Assembly (NCBI GenBank): GCA_038087875.1
Contig: CM075977.1
Location: 168,020,001 to 168,084,000, forward strand
Source of the DNA: Malacoraja senta
Lineage: Eukaryota
Length of the DNA: 64,000 nucleotides
Direction of reading: 5' to 3'
The notes under the pieces: generated by a model
Database searches by the model: none
Seen by the model: the letters and a program-made list of their open reading frames with translations, nothing else
Told to the model about the DNA's origin: nothing
Program-made: the position numbers and the translations under genes
Shown here: positions 37,321 through 51,715 of the stretch, piece after piece
Numbering within the stretch: position 1 is the stretch's first letter
Layout of the letters: the number at the start of each line of letters is the position of its first letter

Positions 37321-37447
37321 TTTCTTCTTGTGTAAGGCATGCACAGCCTAATGTTGTAAGACAACTTGTTCCATTTGATCTTCCGTTTGTACACGACAGA
37401 TTAATTGCATTAGTCGAGACAGGGTGGACCACGTGAAAGTTACAATC
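37321..37447 (-). mobile_element. Second copy of the HDV-ribozyme-headed SINE, missing the first ~9 nt
   Basis: 9-bp TSD tcatatgat at 37312-37320 and 37448-37456; ATTGTA-ACT-TTCACGT-GGT-CCACCCT-GT-CTCGA-CTAA-TGCAAT; aagaagaaa tail. Confidence 0.85.
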
Positions 37448-38534
37448 TCATATGATCACCAATGATGATTACAATGGTGACAAGACGTTAAAATGTCTTA
37501 CCCTTCCATCAGAACCAGGAAAAGCATGCAGACATGGACTCAGGGTCTAAGCTTTTGCTGAAATAGAAAACAACTGTTGTATTCACCTCAGCAATATTCC
37601 TCATTTGTGTTCATTTGGATTGTTGGATTGTTGGATATGACTTCACACAAGATCTGCAGTGGTTCAAGTCTGTGCCTCACCATCATCTTGCAAAGGCAAC
37701 ATAATGCTGGCATTGCTAGTAATACCTGCAATCCCCTAAAAAATCAACAAAGCCTCTCACCACAGAACATTGTGGGATCCACTCTACTGACCTGACCACA
37801 AAACTCTAAGGTGAATATTCTCTACTATACTGAGAGAGTGCTGGTATCTTGGGTGATTTTGCGTGAAATGTTAAACTGAGGTCCCATCTATTTTCTCAGG
37901 TGAATGTAAGCAGTTGTATGGCACACTTTCAAATAAGAACAGTGGGCTTCTGATCAATATTTATCTTCATTCAATCTCACCGAAAATCACCCGACTGATT
38001 ATCCATTCTTGCATTCTTATTTTTTGTGCGCTTGTTGGCTCCAGTTCTTTTCATGTTTTAGCACAGAGTTCATTTCAAAATTACTTCACAGGCTGTTAAG
38101 TGTTTTGGAGCATCTGAAAGCTTGTGAAAAAGTGCTATTTTTGTTTCTCTTTACATTTCCTTTCTCTTTTTTAATTTCTAGAGTTTTGACAGGTCCTCTG
38201 TTTTACAGAAGGTTTAGCAATGAAGAGCTCTCTTTTAAACAAGTCTCTAAATCGGCACTGATGCTGTGCTGCTGTCCAAGTTGGTGTCATGAACAAAATG
38301 CATTCATCTTTTGTTCCTTTTTCTCTGTTCCTCATTTGCTCTGCTCTTTTTGAAAAAAAAAATCTAATTGTTACTCTGATTGTTGACTTGCCTCAAAGAT
38401 ACCAATATCTTTTTAGTTTCAGTGTGGGTGCGTAAGTGCCTTGATAATTGAAACAATTGTCTCTCTTGCCTACATAACATTAAAATGTGCAGGTCATATT
38501 TTTTTTAATTCTGTGCATTCCTGAGACCCTTTCT

Positions 38535-38830
38535 TTTTAGTTCAGAGAAACAGCGCGGAAACAGGCCCTTCAGCTCACCGAGTCCACACCAACCAGCGAT
38601 CCCCACACATTAACACTACACTAGGGACAATTTACACTTATATCAAGCCAATTAACCTACAGACCTGTACATCTTTTGAATGTGGGAGGAAACCGAAGAT
38701 CTCGGAGAAAATCCATGCGGTCATGGGGAGAACATACAAACTCCGTACAGACAGCACCCATAGTCGGATTGACCCCGGTGCTGCGAGTGCTGTAAGGCAG
38801 CAACTCTACCGCTGTGCCACTGTGCCGCAC
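38535..38830 (-). mobile_element. HE1-like V-SINE
   Basis: Full reverse-complement copy with tRNA head at ~38770-38827. Confidence 0.85.
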
Positions 38831-38919
38831 TTGCTTCTGTGTAGGTTAACCATACATTTCCACATGCATGTTGCTTTACTTCCAACTGAATACGTTTGCA
38901 CATTCACCGCAGTTTACAA

Positions 38920-39640
38920 ACTTCTACAAACGCACCATAAAAAACATAGTCTTGGGTTGAATCACAGCTTGGTTTGGGAACAGCTCTGCCCAAGACTGCA
39001 AGAAATTGCAGAGAATTGCAGATGTAGCCCAGTCCATTACACAGACCAGACTCCCACCATTAACTCCATCTACATTTCATGCTACCTCAGAAAATCAGAC
39101 AACTTTATCAAAGACTTGTCCCACCCTGGTCATTCTTTCTTCTCCATGCTCCCATCTAGCAGAAGGTACAGAAGCTTGAAGTTGTGCGCCGTCAGATTCA
39201 GGAACAGCTTCTTCCCCTCTGTTATCAAGTTTCTGAACGGTCCCTTACATAAGCTAGAGTACTGTCCAATCCACCTCTACCCCGTTGTGGACATTGGACT
39301 TTGCCTGTGGAACCGACGCACTAAGATGCACTACTATGTTGAGAACTATATACTGTAATCTGTGTCCTTTTTCTCCATCTATTGCAGTTGAGTTTGACTT
39401 GATTGTATTTATTTATGGTATGATACAATGATACAATGATACAATTTATTTGTTGTCATTTGAACCTCATTGAGGTTCAAACGAAATTTGGTTTCTGCAG
39501 TCATAGAAACAAGTAGAAGAACCAAGACACAACACAATTTACACAAACATTCATCACAGCGAATCTCCTCCTCTGTTTGGAGAGCATGCAGAACAAAACC
39601 TTTCACTATACCTCATACACATGACAATAATAAACTTAAA
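38920..39640 (+). mobile_element. Rex1/Babar 3' end with a nested minus-strand fragment
   Basis: IKDLSHPGHSFFSMLPSSRRYRSLK...RFRNSFFPSVIK. Confidence 0.8.
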
Positions 39641-39794
39641 CCACATAAGATTCATTCAAAGTCAATCTTCAGCTTTCAGCTGATCTTCAAAAGTACAAAG
39701 CATCATGCAGACCAGACTAGAGGGCATAGCTTTAAAGTGAGAGGGGCAAAGTTTAAAGAAGATGTGCGGGGCAAGTTTTTTACACAGAAGGTTT

Positions 39795-40135
39795 AGGAAA
39801 GAAATGCAGATGCTGGAAAATTTGAAGGCAGACAAAAATGCTGGAGAAACTCAGCGGGTGAGGCAGCATCTATGGAGCGAAGGAAATTGCGACGTTTCGG
39901 GTTGAGACCCTTCTTCAGACTGATGTGGGTGGGGGGGGGCGGGAAAAAGAAAGGAAGAGGTGGAGACAGTGGGCTGTGGGAGAGCTGGGAAGGGGAGGGG
40001 AAGGAGGGAGAAAGCAATTGGAGAAGTCAATATTCATACCGCTGGGGTGTAAACTACCCAAGTGAAATAACAGGTGCTGCTCCCCCAATTTGCGATGGGA
40101 CTCACTGGCCATGGAGGAGGCCCAGGACAGAAAGT
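39795..40135 (-). mobile_element. Penelope 3' fragment with hammerhead motif
   Basis: RKLGEQHLLFHLGSLHPSGMNIDFSN; minus strand ctgaagaagggtctcaacccgaaacgtc at ~39891-39918. Confidence 0.85.
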
Positions 40136-41489
40136 TGGTGAGTGCCTGGGATGCTTTGTCAGAGGTAGTGGTTGAAGAAGATACGTTGGTGACATTTAAA
40201 AGATTTTTAGATAGGCATATGAATATGCAGGGAAAGGAAAGATATAGGTTATGTGTAGGTAGATAAACAATGGCATTGTGGGGCAAAGGGGTTGTTATGC
40301 TTATTCTTTCTATCTCAAGATCTGTGATTGTTTCTCCATGTTGCAGTGTCTCAGGCAGAGGTCAAGTTACCAAAGCCAATGGGCTTGAACTTTTCTCAGG
40401 GAAAGTCATCGTTAACCATTCTTAACTCTAACTTAAGTTTAATATCAGCCTTGTATCTGTTGGTGGAATATATCCACGTATTGGAATTCAAGTCAAAGTG
40501 ACTTTAGAAAATGTAAGTTCTCTGTTTGTGACTTCAATTATTTGATTAAATATTATGTTCATCTTATTCACGAGGCCTGGAAAAGATTTAGTGCCCAATA
40601 ATATATTTAAAACAATAACGAGGTATTTGCACAAAATCTAAGTTACTGGGATATTCTTGATTAATTGAAATCATAGAAATATACCTCAGGTATCAAACTA
40701 TATTGTATTATTGTGCAGGATCTCAGTGGGACAGGCAGCATACAGGGAGGGAAATAGAAAGTCAATATTGCAGGACCCGAAATATCATCTGTCCATTCCC
40801 TCCATAGATGCTGCCTGACCCACTGCGTTCCTCCAACAGTTTGGTATTTTTTCAAGATTCCACCATCTGAGTCTCTTGTGTCTCCTTGATTTTTCAAGGC
40901 TCTTGAAACCAAAGTTTTAAATTAAAATGATTAATTGATATATACAGATGAATTCTCAGATTATCAAAAGTGGAACTTTGTCTAAGCTTTGTGTATTTTT
41001 TTTTAAATTAATGCCATTTGCTTTGAAACAAGCTGAACCAATTTTAGCTCTGCTTAGGAGCTGAAGGGAATCATTTGCCAGAATTGGAAAGTACTGTATT
41101 TATTCATTGCAACTTCCAAGCTCATCCATTTTTCTCATAAATGAATAATTAGTCAAATCAGCAAAATCAGATCAAATATCTCCAAATATTGCCAATTTAT
41201 TGTACTCACATCCATAAAATTAGATATTCTTGCAGAATTCACAATATTAACAAGATTTGCTTATGACCATTGTGGGACGCGGTCCATATTCAGATCCACA
41301 TCGAAATAAACAAAACTGTCCATAGTGAGAGAGAGCATGTACTTGCAGTTAAATCCAGTAACCTACATTATGTTGCACATCCCTCCTTGGGCATTCTGAG
41401 GCTATTTTAGGTAATTGGAAGACAATGCTGTATATAACTGAAGAAAATTTATTATCAATAAATCGTTTTAATTAATATTTCTTCACTGC

Positions 41490-42715
41490 TTTTACCTGGG
41501 AGAAAGACATGAAAACCAGTAATTTGCTGCAGTTAGTCGTGATGTCTTGAAGACAGTTTATATTACAGTGGAGGAGGGGCTGGATGTCCCAAGACATATG
41601 AAGATAGATAAATCTCCCATACCTTATCAGATCTATCCAAGATCAAGATCCTGCTGTGGAAAGCCGGAGAAAAAAATCACAAGAGCTCTGGCTGAGATAT
41701 ATGAATCATCACTAGACATGGGTGAGGTGCTGGAAGACTGGAGGGTGGCTAATACTTGAGGGTGGCCTTTATTTAAGAAGGGCTGAAAAGACAAACCTGG
41801 GAACTATAGACCATTAAGCCTAACATCTGTGGGAAGCTACCAGAGAGGATTTTGAGTGATAAGATACACATGAGGCTGGAAAGAAAGGGGCTAATTAGGG
41901 ATAGTAAACATTTATTTAATGTGTGGGAGATTGTGTCTCACAAATTTGATTGTATTTTTTGAAGAATTTAGTGAAAATTGTGATGAGGGTCGGACAATAG
42001 ACATAATCTATATGGACGTCAAAATAGTCATTGATAAGGATCTGTATGGTAGACTGCTATGGGGAGGTTAGATCACATGGGATTGATGGAGAACTAGCAA
42101 ACTGGATACAAAATTAGGTTAATGGTGGGAAGCAGAAGGTGATGATGTAAGATTGTTTTTTTGTACTGGAGATCTGTGAATAGTGGTGTGTCTACAGGGT
42201 CAGTGCTGGGCCCACTGCTGTACAGGGGATGATCGGTCAGTTTGTAGATGACACTAAAATAGGTGGTATCTTAGACAGTGAAGATGGTTATTATTGATTA
42301 CAGCAGGATCTTGATCAGCTAGGCAACTGGGCTGACAAATGGCAAATTGATTTTAATTCAGAGGTGTTCCATTTTTAGGAAATCAAAGCAGGACAGAGGG
42401 TTCATAGTGAATGGCAGGGTCCTGGGAGTGTTGTAATGCAGAGAGATGAAGGAATACAAGAATATAGCTCACTGAAAGTAATGAAGAATGCTCTTTAGCA
42501 CAATTTTCTGCATCAATCAGGGAATGATTGAAGTTGGTATGTTATATCTCAAATATGCAAGATGTTGATGAGTCTGCACTTGGTGCATTGTGTTCAGTTG
42601 TGGTCACAAGATGCCATTAAGCTGGAAAGAGTGCAAAGAAGATTTGTGAGGATGTTGCCAGAACTCAAGGGTAGCTGTTGGAAGAGATTGGGCAAGCTAG
42701 GACTGTATGACTCTA
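41490..42715 (+). mobile_element. CR1 ORF2 (RT) fragment, old
   Basis: EVLEDWRVAN, PGNYRPLSLTSV, gggtcagtgctgggcccactg, gtagatgacactaaa. Confidence 0.9.
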
Positions 42716-43151
42716 TGACTCCATGATGCTAAAACTAATTTTAACTGCTTGAAACAAAAATGACTTCTATCTGTAGCCTGATTATTTAAAATCAGATAAT
42801 GCTCCAGGGCCACATTCTAGCTCTTAAGTTCTTAATCATCACAATTGCCAAGGAGTCCCTTATTAAGAAAATGAAAAAGTCGGCAACTAAAGATTTAATC
42901 TTTGGCTTTTAATTCAAAATTTGGTCAAGAGCTGATTGTAAAAGCTTAAAAATTATAACAAATAAGTTAAATACAAATAATAAATGTAAAGCTTAAAAAT
43001 ATAACATTTCAAAAGGAAAAGGAACACATCCACTCAAGTAAATTAGAAGTATTGGTCCATCAAATGGGTCAGTAAGTCAAATGTCCAGTAATGTTTAAGG
43101 AACATAGAAGACACAAGCCCAGCTTTTCCTGGCAAACTCAATATATTCTAT

Positions 43152-43341
43152 GTATAGGAAGGAACTGCAGATGCTGGTTTACACCGAAGATAGACACAAA
43201 ATGCTGGAGTAACAGACTGCATCCCCGGAGAGAAGGAATGGGTGACGTTTTGGGTCGAGACCGAACCGAAACATCACCCATTCCTTCTCTCCAGAGATGC
43301 TAACTGTCCTGCTGAGTTACTCCAGTATTTTGTGTCTATCT
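43152..43341. mobile_element. Penelope fold-back mini-insertion with 14-bp TSD
   Basis: TSD tcaatatattctat at 43138-43151 and 43342-43355; inverted arms. Confidence 0.85.
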
Positions 43342-43379
43342 TCAATATATTCTATACTAGTTTGACCAGGAGGTCAGTG

Positions 43380-46300
43380 AAATGATGTCGCCCTCCCAAA
43401 GACCCTTGGGTGCACCTGCATCTATGAACATTGTTGCAGAAGTCAGATTCCCTTCCTGAGTGTGGATCCGTGGAAAGCGATTGGCTTTGATGGAGTCGCT
43501 GTCCCTCCTCAGAAATTGCATGGACCAACTATCTGGAGTATTCGTATATTTTTAACCTCTTCCTATACCAGTGCATTCTTCCACTGGTGCCGAAGCAAAC
43601 TAAGAAAACAAGGTAAAAGAAAAGTGCTGGAGTAACTTAGCAGGTCATGAAGTAATCTGGAGAACATGGATAGATGAGGTTTCTGATTAGGACCTTTCTT
43701 CAGACCCGACCCGAACGTTTCCTATCCATGTTCTCCAGAGAGGCTCCCTGAACCATTGAGTTATTCCAACACTTCATGTTTTTTTTTGTAAACCAGCATC
43801 TGCAGTTCCTTGTTTCTCCAAATAAAAATGTAGCAGGCCTTAATGAGAAACCCCGTTAATTGGCTCTGACATGCACCATCATAAAGTGCTTCAAGAGAAA
43901 GGTCATGACGCACATCAACTCCAATCTCCCAGAAAAGCCTGATCCACTGCAATTCACATACCGCTGCAAAAGGACCTCTGCAGAAGCCATTTCCCTGGCC
44001 CTACACTCATCACTGCAATATCTGGATAACAGCGACACCTATGTTAGACTCCTATTGACTATTAGTCCTCCTTCAACAGTATAATTACGACCAATATAGA
44101 AGGTAGAATAGTACAGCACAGGAACAGAATCCGAGGCCCATATGTCTATGCTGAACATAACTGTTCTCTCCCTGCACATGATCTATATATCTACCCTAAA
44201 GTCACTTAAATGCTACTTAAATATCAGGTTTCACCATCACCCCAGGCAGTGGATTCCAGGACTCACCACTCTCTGTGTGAAAAACTTGACCCACGCATCT
44301 CCTTTAAACTTTTGCCCCCTGATTTTAAAGCCCTCGAGTCTTTGACATTTGTATTCTTAGAAAAAGATTCTGACTGTCAACTCTATCTACTTTATCTATG
44401 GTTCTCACAATTTTATATACTTCTATCAGGTTTCCCCCCAATCTCCGAAAATCTAGTTAAAACAATCCAAGTTTGTCCACCCTCTTCAAAGCTTCCACAT
44501 CCTTCATATACTGGGGTGCACAGTAGAGAGCATGCTGACCGGTTGCATCGTGGCTTGGTTCGGCAACTTGAGCGCCCTGGAGAGGAAAAGACTACAAAAA
44601 GTAGTAAACACTGTCCAGTCCATCATCGGCTCTGACCTTCCTTCCATCGAGGGGATCTATCACAGTCGCTGCCTCAAAAAGGCTGGCAGTATCATCAAGG
44701 ACCCACACCATCCTGGCCACACACTCATCTCCCTACTACCTTCAGGTAGAAGGTACAGTAGCCTGAAGACTGCAACGACCAGGTTCAGGAATAGCTACTT
44801 CCCCACAGCCATCAGGCTATTAAACCTGGCTCAGACATAACACTGAACTTTATTAGCCAATACTGTTATTTGCACTTTATCAGTATATTGATTCATGTGT
44901 GTATATATTTATAGAATGCCTTGTAGTCAATGCCTACTATGTTCTGTTGTGCTGAAGCAAAGTAAGAATTTAATTGTCCTATCAGAGACACATGACAATA
45001 AACTCACTTGACTTGACTTGACTAGAACTCCAAATGTAGCCTAAACAAAGTTTTATAAAGTTACAACATGACTTCCTGATTCTTATACTCCATGCCCCGA
45101 CCAATGAAGGCAAGCATACTATACATCACATTTACCACTCTATCTACTTACGTTGCCACATTTTGGGAGCTATGGATGCTGTTGAGGGTCTTGCTATTAA
45201 CTGTATACTTTCCCCTTACATTCGACTTCCCAAAGTGCAACACCTCATACTTGCTCGGATTAAACTCCATCTGTCATTGTTCAGCCCTTACCTGCAACTG
45301 ATCTTTGACAGCCTTCCTCACCGTCTGCAGGCCATCCACTTTTGGTGTTGTCTGCAAACCTAGTAACATACCCACCTACATCCAAACTTATTTCCAAACT
45401 CCCGGACCAAGGACTCAGCACTCTCCTCGCCTGCCTGACCCGTAGATTGCGATCTGTAAGAATCAAAACATTCTCCATGATAATTCCCTACATTGGTGCC
45501 CTACAAGAATGTGGCCTCAGCAACTTACTAAACTCCCTTTACACTCATTACATGGTCATTTCTGCTCTAAGTGCATTTACAAATTTGCAGATGACACTGC
45601 AGTAGTGGTCCAGAGAGGAGATAAACTGCTTAGGAGAACAGCATCAAGCCAATACTATCTCTCTAAATATAAGTAACAGGAAAGCTAGTCATCAATTTCA
45701 GGAAACAGGGTGGAGTACGCGGCATATCTCCAACTACTCTTACCAATTTCTAGAGATGCACCATAGAAGGTAACCTATTGGGATGTATCACACCTCACAC
45801 CTCAGAAAGCACATACAGTACCACCAGATTCAAGAACAGCTTCTTCCCCACTGTTACCAGATGCTTGAATGGATCTCTCACATGCTAAGGATGAATTCCA
45901 GTTCTTATAATATACCTTTCTGTCCTCGGTCTCCTCCATTGTCAGAGTGTGGCTAAACGCAAATTGGAGGAACAGCATCTCATAATTAGTTTGGGCAGCT
46001 TACAGCCCAGTGGTATGAATAATAATTTCTCTCACTTCAGGTAGCCCCGGCATTCCCTCTCTCTCTATCCCTCCTCCACCCCATGGCACTAGCTTCTCAT
46101 TTTTACCCTTCAAAGCTTATAATGACCTAATTCCTTTATCATCGTTACTTTTTTGCATATATTTCATTCATTGTTCTTTATCTCCCCACATCACTGTCTA
46201 TATCTCTCATTTCCCTTATCCCTAACCAGTCTGAAGAAGGGTCTCAACCCAAAACATCACCCATTCCTTCCTTCCAGAGATGCGGCCTGTACCGCTGAGT

Positions 46301-46520
46301 TACTCCAGCTTTTTGTGTCTATCTTACAGCTTACCTTGCACTTTTATGTTAATCTAAACTTTCTCTGTCGCTGTAATAACATATTCTGCATGCAGTTTAT
46401 TTTCTCTTTTGCACTACATTGCACTCAAGTATGGTATGATTTGCCTGTATGGTATGTAAAACAAAGTTTGTCACTGTACCTCAGTACACATGATAATAAT
46501 AATCCCATACCAATACCAAT
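43380..46520. mobile_element. Nested cluster: an old Rex1 interrupted by Penelope ends and CR1(-); a younger Rex1 3' end at 44495-45022; a Penelope 3' end at 45915-46325
   Basis: DPLQFTYR...DTYVRLL; LTGCIVAWFGN...RFRNSYFPTAIRLLN plus (cttga)n; hammerhead-like core at 46231-46258. Confidence 0.8.
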
Positions 46521-47989
46521 ACCAAAGGGGAACTCACACTTCCACAGAACTGAACACTTCCAAAAGCAAGGACGAAATTACAAAGGTTAGCAACGTTCAG
46601 CTTTGAACACAACAATGGCAAACGGGGCAAAAGCAGACACATTTTAAAGAGATTTTCAAATAATGAATTTCAAGGCACATTCAAACAGATTTTCACGCAA
46701 AGTTAATCCAAATTTTCTTCAATAGTTTCAATGGCAGTTGACATTTTAATAGTGATTTATGTATCACTGAGTCACGCAATAACTTACGATATGTCACCCC
46801 TCCTGGATCAACACACTCTGTCTGTGCTATTATTTGGGCTCTCATTACAGTTCTGCTTGGTATTGGCCAGGATCTCAATAAAGCCAATGCTCCAAGTGGC
46901 ATGTAAATTGTGGTCTCAATGTCAACTGCAGTGCCCTCAGTTAGAACTCCCTGATCAATCTTTTATTTTAACCTCAAGCCAAGAGGAGTGTAGGACACAC
47001 TTCAATGGTTCTTTATTGTCACATGTGCCGAGGTACAGTGAAATTCTTTTTTTGGCATATAGTTCAACAAAGTATAAACATATGCACAATCCTAGATTAA
47101 GTACAAAATGTATAGAAGTAGTCCACTGACAATATACAATAGTTACCTGGATTTGGCGCCATTGCCAAAGTCCAAGTTGGTTTTAGTGCAGCTGGCCATA
47201 AAGGCCCATTGTCCTGGCGGTGTTGCAGGGCCAGCCTGGCCTAGGAAAGTTGTAGCCATCCTCCACCACCTTGCCGCTGCAGGCCATGTCTGGTCCATGC
47301 GCTCAGTCTCTTGGAGCGGGGCCAGATCCAGTCGAGTCCCAGGCTGCTGCAGGGTCTCCAGCCATCATCTCAGTCAGGAGCATCGCATCAGCCAGTGAAC
47401 CGTCATTCGTCTCTGTTCCATGGGGGCGCCTCCCACAGCCAACCTTGAGGGTGCGGAAGGTAAGACCACGGTTCCTCTTACCAGCCCTTTCTTCTTCATG
47501 TCCGCTGCCATCTCTTCCCACCCTCCTCCCCAGTTCGCTGGCCCTCAGGGACGAGCAGGAGCCAGGCTCAGCGGTTTCTCTCTCAAGGATGCAATTCCTG
47601 GCTCTGCAGCAGACGGGTGAGCCAGGCTTGCTGCAGGCCGATTCACACTGTCACGTTTCCCAGTACATCTCTCAGAGCCTGAGCCACAAATAGCCTGAGG
47701 TTTTCATGGTCTTGTGACTGGGTTGTAGTCAACTGCTATCACATTCATCTTGATCTCTCAAATGTTTGTTGCTACTCTTGGTTCGGGTCACCAGGCACAT
47801 TGGCATCAATTTAGTTGATTTGCATGAGCAGTGCATGGTCTCTACCTTGAATTCTGGGGATGATTGCCGCAACTGCTCCCCAGTGGATTCATTATTTTTG
47901 AAGATATAGATTTCTGCCAGGCACAGGGCATTTGGCTACCTTAACAGTGGTCTTAACAGTGATGATGAATGTTTTTACTCAAGCATCCC

Positions 47990-48130
47990 TGCCACCCCCC
48001 TGCCCACACCACCCCCCCTGTCCCCCTGCCCACACCACCCCCCCTGCCCACACCACCCCCCCCCCCATCCCCCTGCCCACACCACCCCCTGCTCACACCA
48101 CCCCCCTGCCCCCCTGCCCCCCTCCCACCT
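47990..48130 (+). repeat. C-rich ~17-bp minisatellite (cccccctgcccacacca)n; G-quadruplex-prone on the minus strand
   Basis: Direct reading. Confidence 0.85.
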
Positions 48131-48959
48131 TCCTAACATGATCAACTCCTTGCATACACTAGAAATCTCTGTAATATAATATTTTGATCGTATCTGTTCT
48201 TATTTGCTGAACAGACTAAAGAGTCTCTCAGGAGCTGCCGGCTCACAATGTGATTGGCATCCTTCCCGTTCTTGCTGACCTGCATACTCATTCTGTAACT
48301 CCTTAATCTGAATCTGCATTTTTATTAGTTGTGTCACTTTAATGCAGGCGTGTAAAGGCACCATAAAGCAGCTACACTAATTCTTTCTTTAACTGTTTTT
48401 GCTTCTGATCACTTATCAGCAGATTTATCACTCAAGCTTTTAAAACTTACATCAGATCTCTTTACAATTTCTCGTATATCTATTGCATCAGTTTTATCAA
48501 TTCATTCCTCCAAACTGTTTGACCATCCAATTCCATTGTTTATGGTTTTATCTTTAATTTACAGATAACTATTTTAAACTGAACTCTTCTTTCTCAGGAG
48601 TTGCAGTTATCCAATGTGTGCCACCTTACATTCTCTGGAGCAGTCTTCCTTCTCAAGAGCTTCCTGAGCGAAACCATCAATACACCCTCAAGTGACTCAT
48701 TACAAGGATAATACTGACACTGTGATATTTATAAATGTCTTTCATCCCTCTCTCTCACCTCAACATCCTAAATGCTAAGACATTAAAAAAAAAAAAAAAA
48801 ATAGATTGTACAATCCTATTCTTTTTCCTCAAATCCTGCCTCTGCCCTCATTTTTCCAAAGATCTCAAGTTACCCAAATGGTCAAGAAATGGAACGGTTT
48901 AATTGACATGAACAGTCACTGACAGTCACTATAACCGATGTGAGGGTTCCCTTGTGATG

Positions 48960-51010
48960 TTCAGTTTAGTTTAGAGATACAGCATGAAAACAGGTCCTTC
49001 AGCCCAGAGTCCACATCGACCATCCATATTGGGCTAGTCCCATTTTCCCACATTTGGCTGGCATACCTATACACCTTTGTATCCCTATATTTATCCAAAT
49101 ATATTTTAAAAGTCATAATTGTATCCTCTTCTGTGACTTCCTCTGGTACTCATTCCAGATATAGATTACCCTCTGAGTGAAAAAATGTCCCTCTTAAATC
49201 TCTCCCCTCTCACCTAAGCATATGATCTCTAGTTTTAGAATCCTCTACCCTGGGAAAAATACTGTGAGTTTGTTCACTTTAAGCATGCCTTTCATGATCT
49301 CGCACACCTCAACAAGGTCACAGTCTCCTACACTCCAAACAAAAAAGTCACAGCCTGCCCAGTCTCTCCTTATAACTCAAGCCTGCAAGTCTGGGCAACA
49401 TCCTGATGAATGTACCTTTATAAATGTATGGCAAACCAAATTCCTCGTATGTTGCAAAACATACTTGGATAATAAATTATGATTATGATTAAATTCCTAT
49501 TATGATTTTCAAACTTAATGACATTCTTCCACTAGCTGGATGACCAGAACTCCATGAAGTACTCCACGTGTGGTCACACCAACTGTGGTACAGCTGCATA
49601 ATTATGTCCCAACTGTGGTACAGCTGCATAATTATGTCCCAACTTTATACTCAATATCTGTCACATTGAAGGTACAGTACATGTCGAACGTCTTCTTCAC
49701 CATACGGTCCACCTGGCACAAAACCTTTAGTGGATCATGCATCTGTACTCCGAGATTTCTCTGTTCTGCAACACACCTCAGGGCTCAACCATTCACTGTG
49801 GAAGTCCTGTCCTGGTTTGACACACCATAGTGCAACACCTAGCATTTGTCAGAATTAAATGCCATTTGCCATTCCTTGGCCTACCTTCACAACTGATCTC
49901 AAGCTTGTTGTAAAATCTAATATCCTTCCTCACTGTCTGCAAATATTTTTGTATCATCTGCACATTTACGAACTATGTTCTCCATTATCATGTTTTTCTT
50001 CTCTTCCTCTTGATCTTCATCCTTTTGATCAAGGTAGTAATGTAAGGAACTATCTTTTGTAATTGCAAAGTCTGTATTGTGTAAGTGCAAACTTAAATAT
50101 CCCATTTTAAGAAATTTGCCATTTCACTCTATTCACCATTATCTGTATGACCTCCGACTGTCAGTGAATCAATCATAAGTAAATGGATGGAGACGCAAGG
50201 GACTGCAGATGCTGGAATCTGTGGAAACAAACAATCTGCTAGAACTCAGATCATATCAGATTAGTCTATTGTTAGATACACCAGGGTGCAGTGAAATTGG
50301 TTCACGGGAAGCACACAGACTAAACAACATATAACACTATAGAGTGTGGAAAATATGAATGAGGATGTTGCAAGGACTCAAGGGACTGAGAGGATAGGAA
50401 GGCTAGGACTTTATTCCTTGGCGTGCAGGCAACTGAGAGGTGAACTTATAGGTGTATAAAATCATGAGGGGCAGCGATATGGTAAATGCTCAGAGCCCTT
50501 ATCCCAGGATTGGAGAATCAAGAACCAGAGGACATATATTTAGGGTGTAAGGGGAAAGATTTAATAGGAACTTGAGGGGCACCTTTTTCACACAGAGGAT
50601 TATTCACTGGAAGTTGGAGAGATGAGAGGGGATCTTCCAGCAACATATATAATTCTTAAGGGATTGGACAGGCTAGATGCAGGAAAAATGTTCCTGGTGT
50701 TGGGAGGAGTCCAGAATCAGGGGTCACAGTTTAAGAATAAGGGGTAGGCCATTTCGGACTGTGATGAGGAAAAACGTTTTCACCCAGAGAGTTGTGAATC
50801 TGTGGAATTCTCTGCCACAAAAGGCAGTGAAGGCCAATTCACTGGATGTTTTCAATAGAGAATTAAATATACTGTAGCTTTTAGGGCTAACGGAATCAAC
50901 GGATATGAGGAGAAAGCAGGACCGGGGTACTGATTTTGGATGAACAGCCATGATCATATTGAATGGCGGTGCTGGCTCGAAGGGCCGAATGGCCTACTCC
51001 TGCACCTATT
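48960..51010. mobile_element. CR1 fragments: minus strand 48960-50000, plus strand 50355-51010
   Basis: RKCADDTKI on minus; RGHSLRIRGRPFRTVMRKNVFTQRVVNLWNSLPQ on plus. Confidence 0.85.
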
Positions 51011-51013
51011 TTC

Positions 51014-51715
51014 ACTGGGTGGCGCTTCGATGGCAGCCTCGCCAACAGACTGTCTGTCCTTTTTTTTTGTTGTTGTTATTTTTTGTTATTTTTAATGTGT
51101 TTAAAAAGTATGTGTTAATGTTCTCTGGTTTGTTTTAGGTGGGGGGTGGGCGGGGGGTCAGGGGAAACTTGTTTGCAATCTCTAACCTTGCCGGAGATGC
51201 GATTGTTTTCCGGATCGTATCTCCGGTCGCTCTGCGACCTAACATCGTGGAGCTGGAGGCCTTGCTCGGGACTGACTTTGAGCCCCACCGCGGGGTGTGA
51301 ACTAACCATCAGAGCCGATTCCTTGCCTGGGATCGACGCTCCAACTGCGGCCTGCGGACTTTAACATCAAGAAGCTCACAGTCTCGGGTTGAGACCGACA
51401 TCGGGGAGCTGAGATTTCTCCCCGATGCAGGAGCTTGATCGCATCGACGAGGAGTCCCGCCGCCGGCTACGGGAGTAAGATCGTCCCGTCAACGGAAGGT
51501 TAGAGGCCTCCGACTGCTGGAAGACAAAGAGGGAGAGATTTAATTTTTTTGCCTTCCATCACAGTGAGGAATGCTGGGGAGTCACTGTGGTGGATGTTTA
51601 TGTTTAAATGTATTTTGTGTGTTCTGTTCCTTTTTATTGGTATGACTGTATGGTAAATGAAATTTCTGGTATGTTTCAAAACATACTTGGCTAATAAAGT
51701 ATGATTATGATTATG
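51014..51715 (+). mobile_element. GC-rich non-autonomous retroelement with a Rex1-type 3' tail, inserted into a CR1 tail
   Basis: Ends catacttggctaataaagtatgattatgattatg; the same 3' end occurs at ~49425-49490. Confidence 0.6.

Noticed and set aside
41210-41362. Minus-strand exon candidate ending at a strong GTGAGT donor
   Set aside because: All three frames contain stops before the donor; unsupported without transcript data
49579-49645. ~30-bp tandem duplication (ccaactgtggtacagctgcataattatgtc)
   Set aside because: Ordinary local duplication inside a decayed CR1
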